Assembly: GCA_000002435.2 (NCBI GenBank)
Contig: CM018792.1
DNA length: 64,000 nucleotides
Source: Giardia intestinalis
Taxonomy: Eukaryota
Reading direction: 5' to 3' (one strand)
Part shown: one piece after another, positions 17,435 to 28,505 of the stretch
Numbering within the stretch: position 1 is the first letter of the stretch
How the letters are laid out: each line of letters begins with the position of its first letter
Program-made: the position numbers and the translations under genes
Notes under the pieces: model-generated
What the model saw: the letters and a program-made list of their open reading frames with translations, nothing else
Database searches by the model: none
What the model was told of the DNA's origin: nothing

Positions 17435-18547
17435 ATGGGCCATCCACTGCTTCTCAAAACAGCCAACCTGGACCCTGTTCCTGAGGATAGACCAGGGACA
17501 GAAGCTCCTCCAGCACCTGCCTCTGCGGCCATCACTTTCTCTACTTCATATACAGAATGTTATGATAGCAGACTTTTCGTTGAGGCAAACGGACAAAAAG
17601 TCAACGTATACACTAAGGGGGTTTTTGATGACGTGCCTCTAATTTTCTTCGTCCACGGGGCAGGCTTTTCTGGTCTTTCCTTTGGGCCTCTAGTTAAGCG
17701 TGTGCACACAGAAGGATTCTGTGCAGCCCTGGATTTGCGCGGCCACGGTCTTACGGTCAATGAGGATGGTACTACTGCACTAGGAGATAGCATGACAATC
17801 GAGAATTTTGTAGCTGACTGTAAAGCAGTTTTGGACCATCTTTTCACACATATGTACAAGCCTGCAAATGAAAATGCCCAGAAAAAGTCTATTCTGCTGT
17901 GTGGTCACTCTCTTGGCGGGAGTATCGTTGCGCGGCTTGCAGTTGAGCTCCAGGAGTCCTATGACATCCAGCTCTGCTGCCTGATTGATATCAATGAGAC
18001 GGTGGCAATAGGTGCAATTCCCAACATGATGTCTGTTTTGAGGAAGAAGCCGCTTGCATTCTCCTCTGAGGAGGCCCTGGTGAGTTGGCTACTGTCGTCC
18101 CACACACTCTACAGCAGGTCTTCTGCGCTTTTCCAGGCTCCTGGGTTGATTCACGGGTCGCAGCATCCAAACTCCGGAAGGGTCATTGCAGATCTGATCA
18201 ACTCCGACGATAACTGGCGGGACTGGTTCATCGGATTGAATGACAACTTTCTTGGCAAATACCCTGGCTACAAGCTGCTCTTTATAGGTGGAATGGAGAA
18301 GCTTGACAAAGAGACGGAAATAGCGCATATGCAGGGCAAGCTTTCGATTGAGGTGGTACCCAACAGTGGTCACAATCTCCATGAAGATGACCCCAATACC
18401 GTGGCCTTTTACTTCATCAAGTACTTACGCCGAATGCATCTCTCGAAGAAGCTGATTCACAAACCCTTCGACTTCAAGAAGAAAGACCCCGATGAGGATC
18501 CAATTCCCCTGGAAGAAATCAAGCGTCTCTACGGCAGTGGGCAATGA
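17435..18547 (+). CDS. Protein phosphatase methylesterase 1 (PME-1/PPE1), an alpha/beta hydrolase.
   Basis: VHGAGFSGLSF (human HGGGHSALSW), nucleophile elbow LCGHSLGGSIV (human IGHSMGGAIA), and WRDWFIGLNDNFLGKYPGYKLLFIGGMEKLDKETEIAHMQGKLSIEVVPNSGHNLHEDDPNTVA, which is nearly colinear with human WDGWFRGLSNLFLSCPIPKLLLLAGVDRLDKDLTIGQMQGKFQMQVLPQCGHAVHEDAPDKVA. The track start at 17288 would overlap the kinase CDS; I prefer the aaaaATG at 17435. Confidence 0.8.
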   Translation: MGHPLLLKTANLDPVPEDRPGTEAPPAPASAAITFSTSYTECYDSRLFVEANGQKVNVYTKGVFDDVPLIFFVHGAGFSGLSFGPLVKRVHTEGFCAALDLRGHGLTVNEDGTTALGDSMTIENFVADCKAVLDHLFTHMYKPANENAQKKSILLCGHSLGGSIVARLAVELQESYDIQLCCLIDINETVAIGAIPNMMSVLRKKPLAFSSEEALVSWLLSSHTLYSRSSALFQAPGLIHGSQHPNSGRVIADLINSDDNWRDWFIGLNDNFLGKYPGYKLLFIGGMEKLDKETEIAHMQGKLSIEVVPNSGHNLHEDDPNTVAFYFIKYLRRMHLSKKLIHKPFDFKKKDPDEDPIPLEEIKRLYGSGQ

Positions 18548-18603
18548 GCAGAGGTAAACTTAAGCAATGCACATAGTTTAAAGGAATTTACAATCGAAGG
18601 AAA

Positions 18604-20067
18604 TTACTTAAGCTCTAAAGGAGTTGCATGCTCGCGCATCCTCCTCTCGTCGTGGGCCCACACACGAGCGATGGGCCTTGTCGACTTCAGGTTAACCTCT
18701 CTAAGCATGAAGTAGGTGTATGTTTCGTGCAATGCACGCGAAACGTTTGCCATGTGCTTAACCGTCAGTCCGTACTTGTTATAAAAGCCAATATTCGCGA
18801 GCTTTGAATTTTCTAAATACAGATAAGCCTTGCAAAGATCTGTCACCGCACATGCCCAGTCCATGAGGTAGCCACCAAGCCCGTAGCCTTTGAATGCGAC
18901 AGATGCTGCAATCCAACAGATGTAGAAGTGGTTCTCAAGACTGCCGCAGTGGAGGCTGTGCATTTTTTCTCCCGCTGAAAGACAACCAAGGTTTTTGGTA
19001 GAAATGCCCGCCGACGTGTATATCTTAACGAGATTTGCCGTGTTTCCCCAATATCCAGACTCTTGGCCCGGTGGATTGCCGATCATGCAGGCTGAAAAGG
19101 AATCATAGTCTACTTGATTGGGATATTGCTCTGCAACCTCAGACCTCGCCATCTGCAGCACCTGGCGGCCCTTGTTGTCACAACTCACAGTAGCAACGCA
19201 GAGACCGCGGTAGGAAGACACTGAGAACAGGTATCTAGTCAAATCGAAGAGCAGCGGAGCCAGGTGCTGGCTCTGGGGTTGAATAACTATTTTCAACGGG
19301 TCATCGAGGAACGCGCGGCTCAGCATAGTCGCCCCCATGTTGAACTCTAATGGACGGTCCACCTGGAGCATGCGGTGGAGACTTCCGAACTTGTCGAGAG
19401 TGGGGGCGATTGTGGCGCAGCGTGGATTGTTTATCAAAATGAGATCTTCTATATCCTCATATAGATTGAGGAGTAGGTTTTCGGGCCACAGGACATAGCC
19501 CGTGTGTGTAGGATGGCTGTTGATTTTAGTAAACCCTATCCCCTTGAGGTGCCGCTTGAAACTCGGACTGACAGCAAGTTCGTGGGCAAAAAGAGGAACG
19601 CCCTTCAGACAGGCCTGGAGAAGCGGTTGGTAAAGAAGGGCGTAGACCTTGCTCACTTCCATGTCTGCCTCGCTACATGCCAGGAAGGTGATGACCAGGT
19701 AGTCAGAGTACTCGACTCCTGTAACCTTTGAGATCAAGGGTACTACGTCGGATTTGAAGGGGTAGACCAGGTTGATATTGGCGTCCTTGAGCTCTCCTGT
19801 GAGCTTGACCTGAGAGCGAAGGTAAGTTGGCAGGTACAGACAGGCGCCCTCGATATGGGTGGTGTTGACACTAAGGTGAAAAGACTCGGTGGGAGGAAGA
19901 GAGTGGGAGCCCACGAGAACGGTGCGGTGGAAAGACGATTGGCAAAGCAGATAGTAGATTGACTTGGTGTAGTCCAAAACCCGCGGCCTGTTGCTTGCCA
20001 CGAGGTTATTTACCATTCTTCGGATGTTCTTCTCGTATATCTTCTCGGGTAATAGCGTTGCAAACAT
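18604..20067 (-). CDS. Hypothetical protein with a C-terminal GNAT-type N-acetyltransferase domain.
   Basis: A GNAT motif A-like FKGYGLGGYLMDWA sits near the C-terminus. The N-terminal ~350 aa are unassigned. The track start at 20076 is GTG; the first ATG is at 20065-20067. Confidence 0.45.
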   Translation of the reverse strand: MFATLLPEKIYEKNIRRMVNNLVASNRPRVLDYTKSIYYLLCQSSFHRTVLVGSHSLPPTESFHLSVNTTHIEGACLYLPTYLRSQVKLTGELKDANINLVYPFKSDVVPLISKVTGVEYSDYLVITFLACSEADMEVSKVYALLYQPLLQACLKGVPLFAHELAVSPSFKRHLKGIGFTKINSHPTHTGYVLWPENLLLNLYEDIEDLILINNPRCATIAPTLDKFGSLHRMLQVDRPLEFNMGATMLSRAFLDDPLKIVIQPQSQHLAPLLFDLTRYLFSVSSYRGLCVATVSCDNKGRQVLQMARSEVAEQYPNQVDYDSFSACMIGNPPGQESGYWGNTANLVKIYTSAGISTKNLGCLSAGEKMHSLHCGSLENHFYICWIAASVAFKGYGLGGYLMDWACAVTDLCKAYLYLENSKLANIGFYNKYGLTVKHMANVSRALHETYTYFMLREVNLKSTRPIARVWAHDERRMREHATPLELK

Positions 20068-20224
20068 GGTTACCACGGACTGTTAAAAAGCGGTTTGTAT
20101 ATTTCACTGGATATGGCATATCGGAAATTGCGCCACATTCAGCTAAAAGTGTCTCAAAAAATCCGCAGTCAAGTGCTTTCTTGCATTTTTATTCATCTGG
20201 AACGGCGAGCAACGAAAAAACAGG

Positions 20225-21643
20225 ATGGCCGGGAAGAAGGAGAAGTACTCTGTAAAGGCAATCATTGGGATCGTCGGCATGCTTGTTTTCGGCACGGGCA
20301 CGATGGTCAGCTCGAAGCTCATGCTCGATACAAGCGCTTGCCCCATTTACTATGAGTGGGAATACGGCAAGGACTACGAGCCCTGGGCCCACGGGGAGTG
20401 CCCTCCAGAGGTTGTCAAGAAATTCGAGAAGCCCTGGTTCCAGACTGCGTGCATGTTCATGGCCATGCTTGTCTGTATTATTGCGCATGGGATCATCGAG
20501 GCAGTGTCCCACACGAAGGCAAAGAAGAAGGCCGCTAGCCTGGCCGTGAAGAGTGCTGTCAGTGAGGGCAATGACACCGAGACGCACAGCGTTACGCAGC
20601 CGGCAGAAGCCGCGGCCAAGTCCAAGTTCAGAACCTGGCAGTATTGGAAGCCCTACGTTCTCATTGCAGTCCCTTCGATCTTCGATATGGTCGCCACCTC
20701 TGTCATGACCATGGGGCTGGTCTACATCGATGTTTCTGTCATGCAGATGCTTCGAGGGACGATGGTCGTCTTCGCTACGATCATGAACATCCTCTTTCTT
20801 CGTAGAAGAGTCCGACTCTACCAGTGGATTGCCATCATTGGGACTGTCTCCGCGTGCGCACTTGTCGGAGCCTCCTGCATCCTCGGCTCCATGGGGTCAA
20901 CCACCGCGAAGCCGTGGAACCTACAGATCTTCGGGTGCTTCCTTGTCGTTATTTCGCAGCTCATTCAGTCTGGTCAGATAGTCGCTGAAGACTTCCTCCT
21001 CAGCGACGTTGACGCAGCCCCGCTCCAAGTTGTTGGGATGGAGGGCTTCTGGGGTCTGCTCATCACGGTCTTCATCGTTTCTCCCTTGCTCATGTGGGGT
21101 GTTTCTGGCCCTGATCACGGAGCTAACGAGGATTTTGTTGACACCTTCTACATGGTTGCCGACAATCCGCTCATCCTTGTGTTTGTCTTAATTTATTTTG
21201 TGTCTATCTTGTTCCTCAACTGGGCAGGGATGACAGTCACCGCAGAGACGTCTTCAGTTGTCCGCACTATCTTTGAAGCCATCAGAACGGCTGCCATCTG
21301 GGTCACCGACCTCCTGATTTACTACCTCTTTGCCCCGAACTCTGTCTACGGAGAGTCCTGGACGACGTATAGCTGGATGCAACTGGCTGGTTTCCTCCTC
21401 TTGATCTACTCCTCTCAGGTGTATAACGGCTATTGTAAGTATCCCAAGATTTTCCGTTACAAGTTCGACGACGATGGAAGATGCAAGGGTGTTTTCGCTT
21501 GCTGTCCGAAGATCTTAGCAAAGAGCGACGAAAAGTTTGCTGCTGAGCAGAAGAAGGAGCAGGAGAAGGCCGCAGTCCTGGCTGCGCCCACCAAGCAGAC
21601 TCACCCAGAGCCTGATCTGGACGGGAGCACAGACAGTGTGTAA
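20225..21643 (+). CDS. Multi-pass membrane transporter, drug/metabolite-transporter superfamily-like (SLC35F/CRT-like), about 10 TM helices, with a Lys/Glu-rich C-terminal tail.
   Basis: Hydrophobic helices occur throughout. The fold assignment is by eye only. Start context aaaaaacaggATGgcc. Confidence 0.4.
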   Translation: MAGKKEKYSVKAIIGIVGMLVFGTGTMVSSKLMLDTSACPIYYEWEYGKDYEPWAHGECPPEVVKKFEKPWFQTACMFMAMLVCIIAHGIIEAVSHTKAKKKAASLAVKSAVSEGNDTETHSVTQPAEAAAKSKFRTWQYWKPYVLIAVPSIFDMVATSVMTMGLVYIDVSVMQMLRGTMVVFATIMNILFLRRRVRLYQWIAIIGTVSACALVGASCILGSMGSTTAKPWNLQIFGCFLVVISQLIQSGQIVAEDFLLSDVDAAPLQVVGMEGFWGLLITVFIVSPLLMWGVSGPDHGANEDFVDTFYMVADNPLILVFVLIYFVSILFLNWAGMTVTAETSSVVRTIFEAIRTAAIWVTDLLIYYLFAPNSVYGESWTTYSWMQLAGFLLLIYSSQVYNGYCKYPKIFRYKFDDDGRCKGVFACCPKILAKSDEKFAAEQKKEQEKAAVLAAPTKQTHPEPDLDGSTDSV

Positions 21644-21663
21644 ATCTGCTATTCTATAATTTA

Positions 21664-24600
21664 CTAGGGCGCACGCATGTACTTTTGTATTGCAGCGGTG
21701 ATCTCTGCACGCTGGCTCTCAGAATGTATCTTGCTGTTCTGCAGAACCTTCAGCGCAGCCTCTCCATATGTCTGCGCCTCATAGGCCGCTAATGCACTAA
21801 CGCACTTGGCATTTCCGCTGGCCACGGCAAACGATAGGCCCGTCCACGGCTCTCCTGTCACGGGGCAATGTCTAACAACCACTCCTGTTTCTTTCTCGGC
21901 CAAAAGAGCAGCACACTCCTGGAAGCCACGCTCGCATGCAATCATCAGCGCGGTGAAGCCATTGGAATCAATCATGCTGTGCTCGTATGGGATGAGCTCC
22001 CGTACAACCGCCACTTGGTTTTCCCTTGTTGCAATCATCAAAGCCGTTGTCCCAAATCTCGTTTGCATCCGCCCCTCACAGGAAAGAAGGAATCGCACCA
22101 CCTGCAAATGGCCACAAAAGGCGGCCGCCATAAGCGCTGTCTTCCCGATATTGTCCTTCAGCTTCTTCTCTAGATTGACAAGGAGCTTCACGCAGTCAAT
22201 ACTTCCGTTCATTGCTGCGATCATCATAGCGGTTGCTGGGGCCATCTTCCAGTAGCTTATTTCGTAAGAAGTGCAGACTTGACCGTATTCCTGCTCCATG
22301 AGTAGAGATGCAATGGCAGCGTTGTTTCTTTCGCAAGCGATCATTAGAGCCGTTTGCTTTAATCTGTTGACGAGTCCTGCCTGCGAAGTGGCGAGCTCTG
22401 CAGCTCGTTCGTTGTTTCCGTCGATGATTGCCTGCATTAGCTCGCTATTCTTGTTGATATTCCTTGCCGATTTACGCCTTTCTTCGGGACCTGAAATTTT
22501 CTGCACAGTAGTAGCACTGGGTAAAACAGAGGAAGACGACCCTTCTTGATGATGCACACCTGTGCTCGGATGATTACTGACTGTGCGCAAGTGATGCTGC
22601 TCAATAGACGCGAATGCATTTGCCGAATTAGGGGTCGATTCCACAAGTGTGCTGTATTGGCTACTGGGCAGCTCTTTTTGAGAGTCAGTAGGCCGCAAGT
22701 GTACAGCGTGAGGAGTACCTTCTGCATCAGGTTGCCCAATCGGCGAACCGGGAGAATTAATAGTGAGGTTACTTATATTTTCAGGCAGTAAGCTTGCGTT
22801 GGCACTGGGTGCATTACTAGAGTGGTTGCTAGGTCCTGGAATAGATACCACAGACGGCTTATTCGAGGAGAGTGATGTCGAATACTGCCGAGTGACAGTG
22901 TCGGCCAACACGTGTCTTTGTTTCGCGACGTCAGGCAGCGTGGGCTCGAGCCTATGTTGCATCCCATAAAGGCTGCGACGAGTTGGCATTGGGGCTGGGA
23001 CAGGACATTCTGACGAATCCTGAACATTTTGAATGGACACAACATTGTAATTATTTGCTGATCCGCGCGTAGTAGCGTGCCCACTGTTGTGGCGACTACT
23101 TGCTCCACTTGTACTATTACGTGCGCTAGATGCCTTCGAAGATTTATCGTTAGATTTAGATGTAAAGGAAATAGACTGATAGCTATTCTCTGAGGCTGTC
23201 ATATCAGATTCATAGAGTGCCATATTATCTTTATCAGGAAGCTTCTGCACGACTTGAGCACGAGAATGAGTATCTCTCCTGACATCCTCACGAAAATCGG
23301 CGTCAGGAGCAGGGGGAACATAGTCGTCTTGGTCGCTTTGCTCTTCCTCTAAAGCATTCTGTTCGTCACAACGTCTAGCCACATCCCACGAAGCAGCTTC
23401 TTGATTGAATAGCTCTTGAAGCATGCTCACGATATCTGTGTAGCCTCTGTTCGCAGCTATCGTTAGTGGTGTCATCCCATTGATATTTGAAGAATAGTAC
23501 TGATCCTTGAAACAATATGCTGCAACAATGTCCCCTTGATCACAGGCTTGCATAAGCTCCGTGTACTTCTCTGAGTCTGCTTGCACAGCCTCTCGAGTGT
23601 CTGGAGAACCGCAATATTGCATTATGGATACCCCTTCCTTCGGGATTAGAATCTCTGCAATAGCATAATTGTGGCATCTGATGGCTACTTCAATGGCCAT
23701 CAGTCCGTTTGCGTTGACAAACCCGCCTTCAAAGGCAACAAGGACCTGGGCGACCGCAGGGTTGTCCATAACCTCCGCTACCTGCATCAAGCACGTGTAA
23801 TCGTCATTATCTGTGATGTTGCACTCGTGAGGGAGAATCACGTTTGCGGCCTCCATGCTGTTCTTTTCGACGGCTAGCATGAGGGCTGTCCGGCCGTCCT
23901 TAGTCTTTATGCCAGCCTCTTTACTTACCAGGACGAACGCGGCCTCTGCCTGGTTGTGCACAGCTGCAATATGCAGGGCGGTGTAGCCACCCTCGTCCAG
24001 CAAAGTGCCCTCAGTATCCAGTAGCATCGCTGCGCTCTGAGGCTGGTTACACCGTGCAGCTAACATGAGCGCGGTCCGTCCTCCCAGTGAACGCATACCA
24101 GCTTCCTCAGCAATGAGTTTCTGGATGATATCAAGATTGCTTACTCTTGACGCTATCATGAGAGCAGTGATTCCAACAGTGTCGCTGTATCTGGATTCAT
24201 AAGGAATAAGCGCGTTTGCGGCAGCGGTGAACCCCTCTTCGATTGCGTACATAAGAGCGGTTTTTCCGACAATGTTCTGAAGTCCAGCCTGTTCTGGGAT
24301 AAGGGATAGAACCGCCTCTATGTCATTGGCCAAAACAGCATTCATGAGCTCGCTATTGGAGCGTAGGATTTCGTCGTCAGTGTATGACTGGAATAAGTCA
24401 TCATTAGCGTCATCTAAAGAGCGCTCTACATTATTTAGAACACCTACTCCAGTGTAAGTCTCAGATTGAGGGGTTTCAAAACGAAATGAATCGCTTACCA
24501 GAGGGTAAGATTGCTCCATTGCTGATGAATTATCATAAGAGTTGCCTGGCATGCCTCTTGCATCAGTGATACTGGCGTGCTTTTGATGACCAGTATCGGG

Positions 24601-26100
24601 AGGAGGTATGCTAGAAAGTAAAACACTATCTACTTGTGTGTCTACAAATGCAGAAAAAGCGCTATCGCCGACCTGTGGGAGACTAGGGTTGTCCATAATC
24701 TCTTGTTGTGCCAAGTATACATGCGTGTCAGCGAAGTTCTGACTGTCAAGGTGGTGGTCTCCTGTACCGACGGTTGGCGAGAGCATGTATCTTTGGTTAT
24801 GAACAACTGTATTGGGAAGCATAGTTCCCTGGAGGACTCCTGCATTGAATCCATCGCTGTCTCCAAAATTGGAAAAATTAGCATTATAGTCGTCTGTGCC
24901 TGTGCCTGGTTCGTTAACTCGTAGATTGATAGAATCATCGGGGATGTTCCTGGGGACCTTCTCAAAGTCTTGCGAGTATAGTGTCTCCTCATCAATCCGT
25001 TGAAGCACAGGAGGCTCGCGTGGACGAGAAATTGTTCGGCGATCTGCTGGGGTAGCCGATCGAGAAATCGGAAGCGATTTCATCACTTGGAGCTGGCGGC
25101 GAAGGCATTCTATTTCCTCGCTATTGTGCTGGAGCTTTCTAAAGAGTAGTTCTATGACATTTTCCCTCATTACCTCAGGGCCTGAGGGGACGGAATGCTT
25201 TCCATAGTCGTCCCTGTCGTAATGTGAGGGCCTCACTGAAGTGAAGCTTGCATTGTAGGCCGCATATACAGGCTCAGTCGCAGTATCTAGTGGCGGATGA
25301 GGGTTGACTCGTACACTTGCTGAGACAGATCTGGGGAGCAAACCAGTTAAGCAACTGGCCCGGCTTGCTGAGGCTTTAATGTTGGCCGATGAGACAGTAG
25401 GATCCACCCCTGGGGTGTGTGCCGATGAGGAGCTGGCACCAATAAACTCCGGGATATACTCCGAGATGACGTTGGGAGGAGAAGCATCTGCCCGTCTTCC
25501 AACAGAACTGCCTTTTGATAACCTTGCCCTCTCAGGCTTTGGCTTGGATGATCGGTCGCGAAGCTCAATAAGACGCTCTGCCAGCAAGTCGTTATGCAAG
25601 CTCCGAGATATCATAATCGCCTGATTCAAACAGTTCTCCTTCACTTGGGGAAGCCCAACCAGATAATTGACTATCGCACTATGACCGGACTGGATGGCGT
25701 AGTCCAGCGCTGACCGATTAAACGCGTCTCTGTGTGCTGGGTTATTGTCCTTGAGAATATGGACGCACTTTAGATGACCGGCCTGTGCAGCGAGGATGAG
25801 CGGGGTCCTTTTGTTCTGCAAACTTAATTTCGCTTCGCGAGCGTAAAGAAGCTCACAAGCTGCGGCATTTCCCATTGTGGCAGCAATAGACAGTGCTGTA
25901 GAGCCATCCCGCGAAATGACCCCGGCCTCGTGGTCCAGAAGAAGCTGAACGAGATGCTTGTCAAAGAGGCGTACAGATTGCATTAGCGCCGTTTCCCCGA
26001 GGTCATTGTAGCTTCTGGCATTATTTTGGAGAAGAAAGCGCACCATCTTAGTGTCTCCCTTCTCTACGGCGTCAAACCACGCCTTGCTACTCGTCATCAT
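21664..26100 (-). CDS. Ankyrin-repeat protein of the Giardia 'Protein 21.1' type, with ankyrin arrays at both ends flanking a long low-complexity middle.
   Basis: Many GxTALM.AA..GH...V.LL repeats, for example GETALMQSVRL, GKTALMYAIEEGF, GRTALMLAARCNQ and GTTALMIATRENQ. ATG at 26098-26100. Confidence 0.8.
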   Translation of the reverse strand: MMTSSKAWFDAVEKGDTKMVRFLLQNNARSYNDLGETALMQSVRLFDKHLVQLLLDHEAGVISRDGSTALSIAATMGNAAACELLYAREAKLSLQNKRTPLILAAQAGHLKCVHILKDNNPAHRDAFNRSALDYAIQSGHSAIVNYLVGLPQVKENCLNQAIMISRSLHNDLLAERLIELRDRSSKPKPERARLSKGSSVGRRADASPPNVISEYIPEFIGASSSSAHTPGVDPTVSSANIKASASRASCLTGLLPRSVSASVRVNPHPPLDTATEPVYAAYNASFTSVRPSHYDRDDYGKHSVPSGPEVMRENVIELLFRKLQHNSEEIECLRRQLQVMKSLPISRSATPADRRTISRPREPPVLQRIDEETLYSQDFEKVPRNIPDDSINLRVNEPGTGTDDYNANFSNFGDSDGFNAGVLQGTMLPNTVVHNQRYMLSPTVGTGDHHLDSQNFADTHVYLAQQEIMDNPSLPQVGDSAFSAFVDTQVDSVLLSSIPPPDTGHQKHASITDARGMPGNSYDNSSAMEQSYPLVSDSFRFETPQSETYTGVGVLNNVERSLDDANDDLFQSYTDDEILRSNSELMNAVLANDIEAVLSLIPEQAGLQNIVGKTALMYAIEEGFTAAANALIPYESRYSDTVGITALMIASRVSNLDIIQKLIAEEAGMRSLGGRTALMLAARCNQPQSAAMLLDTEGTLLDEGGYTALHIAAVHNQAEAAFVLVSKEAGIKTKDGRTALMLAVEKNSMEAANVILPHECNITDNDDYTCLMQVAEVMDNPAVAQVLVAFEGGFVNANGLMAIEVAIRCHNYAIAEILIPKEGVSIMQYCGSPDTREAVQADSEKYTELMQACDQGDIVAAYCFKDQYYSSNINGMTPLTIAANRGYTDIVSMLQELFNQEAASWDVARRCDEQNALEEEQSDQDDYVPPAPDADFREDVRRDTHSRAQVVQKLPDKDNMALYESDMTASENSYQSISFTSKSNDKSSKASSARNSTSGASSRHNSGHATTRGSANNYNVVSIQNVQDSSECPVPAPMPTRRSLYGMQHRLEPTLPDVAKQRHVLADTVTRQYSTSLSSNKPSVVSIPGPSNHSSNAPSANASLLPENISNLTINSPGSPIGQPDAEGTPHAVHLRPTDSQKELPSSQYSTLVESTPNSANAFASIEQHHLRTVSNHPSTGVHHQEGSSSSVLPSATTVQKISGPEERRKSARNINKNSELMQAIIDGNNERAAELATSQAGLVNRLKQTALMIACERNNAAIASLLMEQEYGQVCTSYEISYWKMAPATAMMIAAMNGSIDCVKLLVNLEKKLKDNIGKTALMAAAFCGHLQVVRFLLSCEGRMQTRFGTTALMIATRENQVAVVRELIPYEHSMIDSNGFTALMIACERGFQECAALLAEKETGVVVRHCPVTGEPWTGLSFAVASGNAKCVSALAAYEAQTYGEAALKVLQNSKIHSESQRAEITAAIQKYMRAP

Positions 26101-26223
26101 CAGAGATTCTAGCTCGTTTTACATAAATTTGCAACCATTAGTGTTATTACGCAATGATGACTTGAACGTAAATGAAGGTAAAAAGTGCACTTAAACTTAG
26201 CACTACAAATTCGCGACCTGGTG

Positions 26224-27666
26224 ATGAGCCTCAAGGTGAAGGTGGCTTCCGATCTTAACACCTTGCCTGAGGAGTGTGTGGTGCCGTTGAAGCCGGCAGA
26301 TGCGCCATCTACGGGAACCGTCAAACTACGGCTCAAGGCTTGCGATGCGGCCCCAGTCAGTTCTACCCCGGTGAAGATCACAATCAACGACTGCCTGATG
26401 TGCAGCGGGTGCGTGACCTCTGCTGAGGAAGTCTTTTTCCGAGAGCTGAACACCACAGCTTTGCAAAATGCAATTACTTCAGGACCAAAGGCAGGGCGTC
26501 CCATCGTTCTTTCGCTCTCCCAGTCAGCCATTCTATCCTTGTCCAGAGTCTTGCTAGACATCACGTCAGTAGAGCCTTGTACAGTGGACACCCTCTTCAA
26601 GCAACTTGAGTACGCTTTGCGAACCCGCGTTGCTGGCCTCCGGCATTGCACATATGAAGACGCACCGCCTGTCTATGTTGTTTCAGAGGCCCAGCACCAG
26701 GAGCAATCTGTACTTATGAACGTCCGCCAGATCTCATTTCTCATGCAATCTTCCGAGCCGCGTTCAAACATTGCTATCATCACCCACTGTCCAGCTGTGC
26801 GACTCTTTATTACGAAGAGGAACAGAGAGCTGATCTCATACATTGTCTCAACAGCCTCCCCAATGGAGCTCTTTGGTGCCAGCTACTGTGGTATAGACGC
26901 ATCGCCACTTCTGGTCTCAATCCAACCGTGTCAAGACAGGAAGCTGGAGCAGTTTCGGGGCGCTGCGGTGGACGTCTGCCTGACCGCTCAGGAGGTGCAT
27001 AGCTTCCTTGCAGGGACCCCTCAGGGCTCATCACCCCCTGCTTTCTGTTCTTCCTACACACCCTCTCCCACATCCTTCTGGCAGTATGCACTAGGCCCCC
27101 TTCTAGTTCTGTACCTTCGGGCCAAAGAATGGATATCAGATGAAGGTCTGTCGCGTCTTTTGGTACAACGCGCCGATGGAGTTGACCTTCACTGGACTAA
27201 GATTGGTAACGAGCTTTTTTCTTGTACAATTGAGCTTTCACAAAATCAATCTCCCTACTCTTGCGTCATAATATACAAGTCCACCGGATATCACAATCTG
27301 CAGAACCTCGTCCGGCGAATTCACGCTCTGTGCCCCAACAAGAGCGCCCTTTATATACTTGATCTCCATGCTTGTCCCTACGGGTGCTATGGCGGGGCCT
27401 GCATTGCAGGGGATGACAGACACCCGGTCAGCTCTGTCGCATCTGCGTCTCATGCAGCAACGATGAGCGCCGATAAGGCTGTGCTCTCCCACATCCTTGC
27501 AGCGGACACTTGCGCAGGTTTGCTTGAAGGACTGGTGCAGGCTGTGGACAGAATCACCCTCCAGGAGACTGTCATCAGAACGGATGGCGAGGTCGTCAGT
27601 CCCGAGGAGATCGCAGCGCGCAAAGGCATCCAGAGCGGCGTCCGGATCCAGGACCTTGCATGGTGA
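26224..27666 (+). CDS. NARFL/Nar1-type cytosolic Fe-S assembly factor (Fe-hydrogenase-like).
   Basis: N-terminal ferredoxin-like cysteine motif KITINDCLMCSGCVTSAEEVFF (compare Nar1/NARFL ...LSDCLACSGCVTSAE.VL). C-terminal hydrogenase-like domain contains ...LHACPYGCYGGAC... The track start at 26185 is GTG; the first ATG is at 26224. Confidence 0.65.
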   Translation: MSLKVKVASDLNTLPEECVVPLKPADAPSTGTVKLRLKACDAAPVSSTPVKITINDCLMCSGCVTSAEEVFFRELNTTALQNAITSGPKAGRPIVLSLSQSAILSLSRVLLDITSVEPCTVDTLFKQLEYALRTRVAGLRHCTYEDAPPVYVVSEAQHQEQSVLMNVRQISFLMQSSEPRSNIAIITHCPAVRLFITKRNRELISYIVSTASPMELFGASYCGIDASPLLVSIQPCQDRKLEQFRGAAVDVCLTAQEVHSFLAGTPQGSSPPAFCSSYTPSPTSFWQYALGPLLVLYLRAKEWISDEGLSRLLVQRADGVDLHWTKIGNELFSCTIELSQNQSPYSCVIIYKSTGYHNLQNLVRRIHALCPNKSALYILDLHACPYGCYGGACIAGDDRHPVSSVASASHAATMSADKAVLSHILAADTCAGLLEGLVQAVDRITLQETVIRTDGEVVSPEEIAARKGIQSGVRIQDLAW

Positions 27667-27695
27667 GTAAAGAAGCTTATTTACACAGACCGAAG

Positions 27696-28505
27696 TTAGT
27701 CAGACTTCCTGCAGCAGCCGCCGGAAGTTATGCATGTGCACAGGAAGAACATAAGTACATAATCTGCGGCGACAAACGCCGCGACAATGAGGGCGGGGTA
27801 TAACCGCTCCTTGATACCAGTAGGGGTAGTACCATTGGTAGTGCCGGTATTAAGATTTGGAACCTTCTTGGGATCAACGAGCACCACAGCACAGTATACA
27901 CCAGCTGCGACAGCCAGCCCGATGACCATGCAAACTATTTTCAAGCACGTCGAGTTGTTACGGGTCATGACAGGCCCTATGAGGCACGTTATCAGCCACG
28001 CGGCGGCCAGGGAAACGCCCACGTACCCAGAGTAGGTACCGGCAATATTAAGTGCGTTCTTAGCTAGGTTATTATTACTTATAGCACCAATCTTCAAGAG
28101 CAACACCGAACCGATGTAACAAACCCCATCGAGGAGGGCCGGAAGTGCTAGGCCGAGCATGATATTCTCAAGAATGGCAAGACAGGAGCTTCCGTGGCAG
28201 CAGCAGCAGTTCAGGATAATAAAGACGATGGCGAGAACGAGGAAGACACAACCGAAAGTGACCATCACGATGAACAGGATGTTGATCAAAAGGGGGTTCT
28301 TGACACTGTTAGTACCACCACTGCCACCATTGCCATTGCCCTTCACACAATCGATAAAACCCTTGGGATTCTTGGCTACGCACTCAACCATATTTTTAAC
28401 AGTATCAGCACTCCTGGGAAGAAAACCGAACACCGCACCATATGCGATTGCGGCCAGACCCATCGTGAAGATGAGACGGGCCACGTCGTGACAACAAGCA
28501 GACAT
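27696..28505 (-). CDS. Hypothetical small multi-pass membrane protein (about 6 TM) with cysteine clusters (CCCCHGSSC; C-terminal SGGCCRKSD).
   Basis: Alternating hydrophobic helices and Cys-rich loops. ATG at 28503-28505. No family recognised. Confidence 0.4.
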   Translation of the reverse strand: MSACCHDVARLIFTMGLAAIAYGAVFGFLPRSADTVKNMVECVAKNPKGFIDCVKGNGNGGSGGTNSVKNPLLINILFIVMVTFGCVFLVLAIVFIILNCCCCHGSSCLAILENIMLGLALPALLDGVCYIGSVLLLKIGAISNNNLAKNALNIAGTYSGYVGVSLAAAWLITCLIGPVMTRNNSTCLKIVCMVIGLAVAAGVYCAVVLVDPKKVPNLNTGTTNGTTPTGIKERLYPALIVAAFVAADYVLMFFLCTCITSGGCCRKSD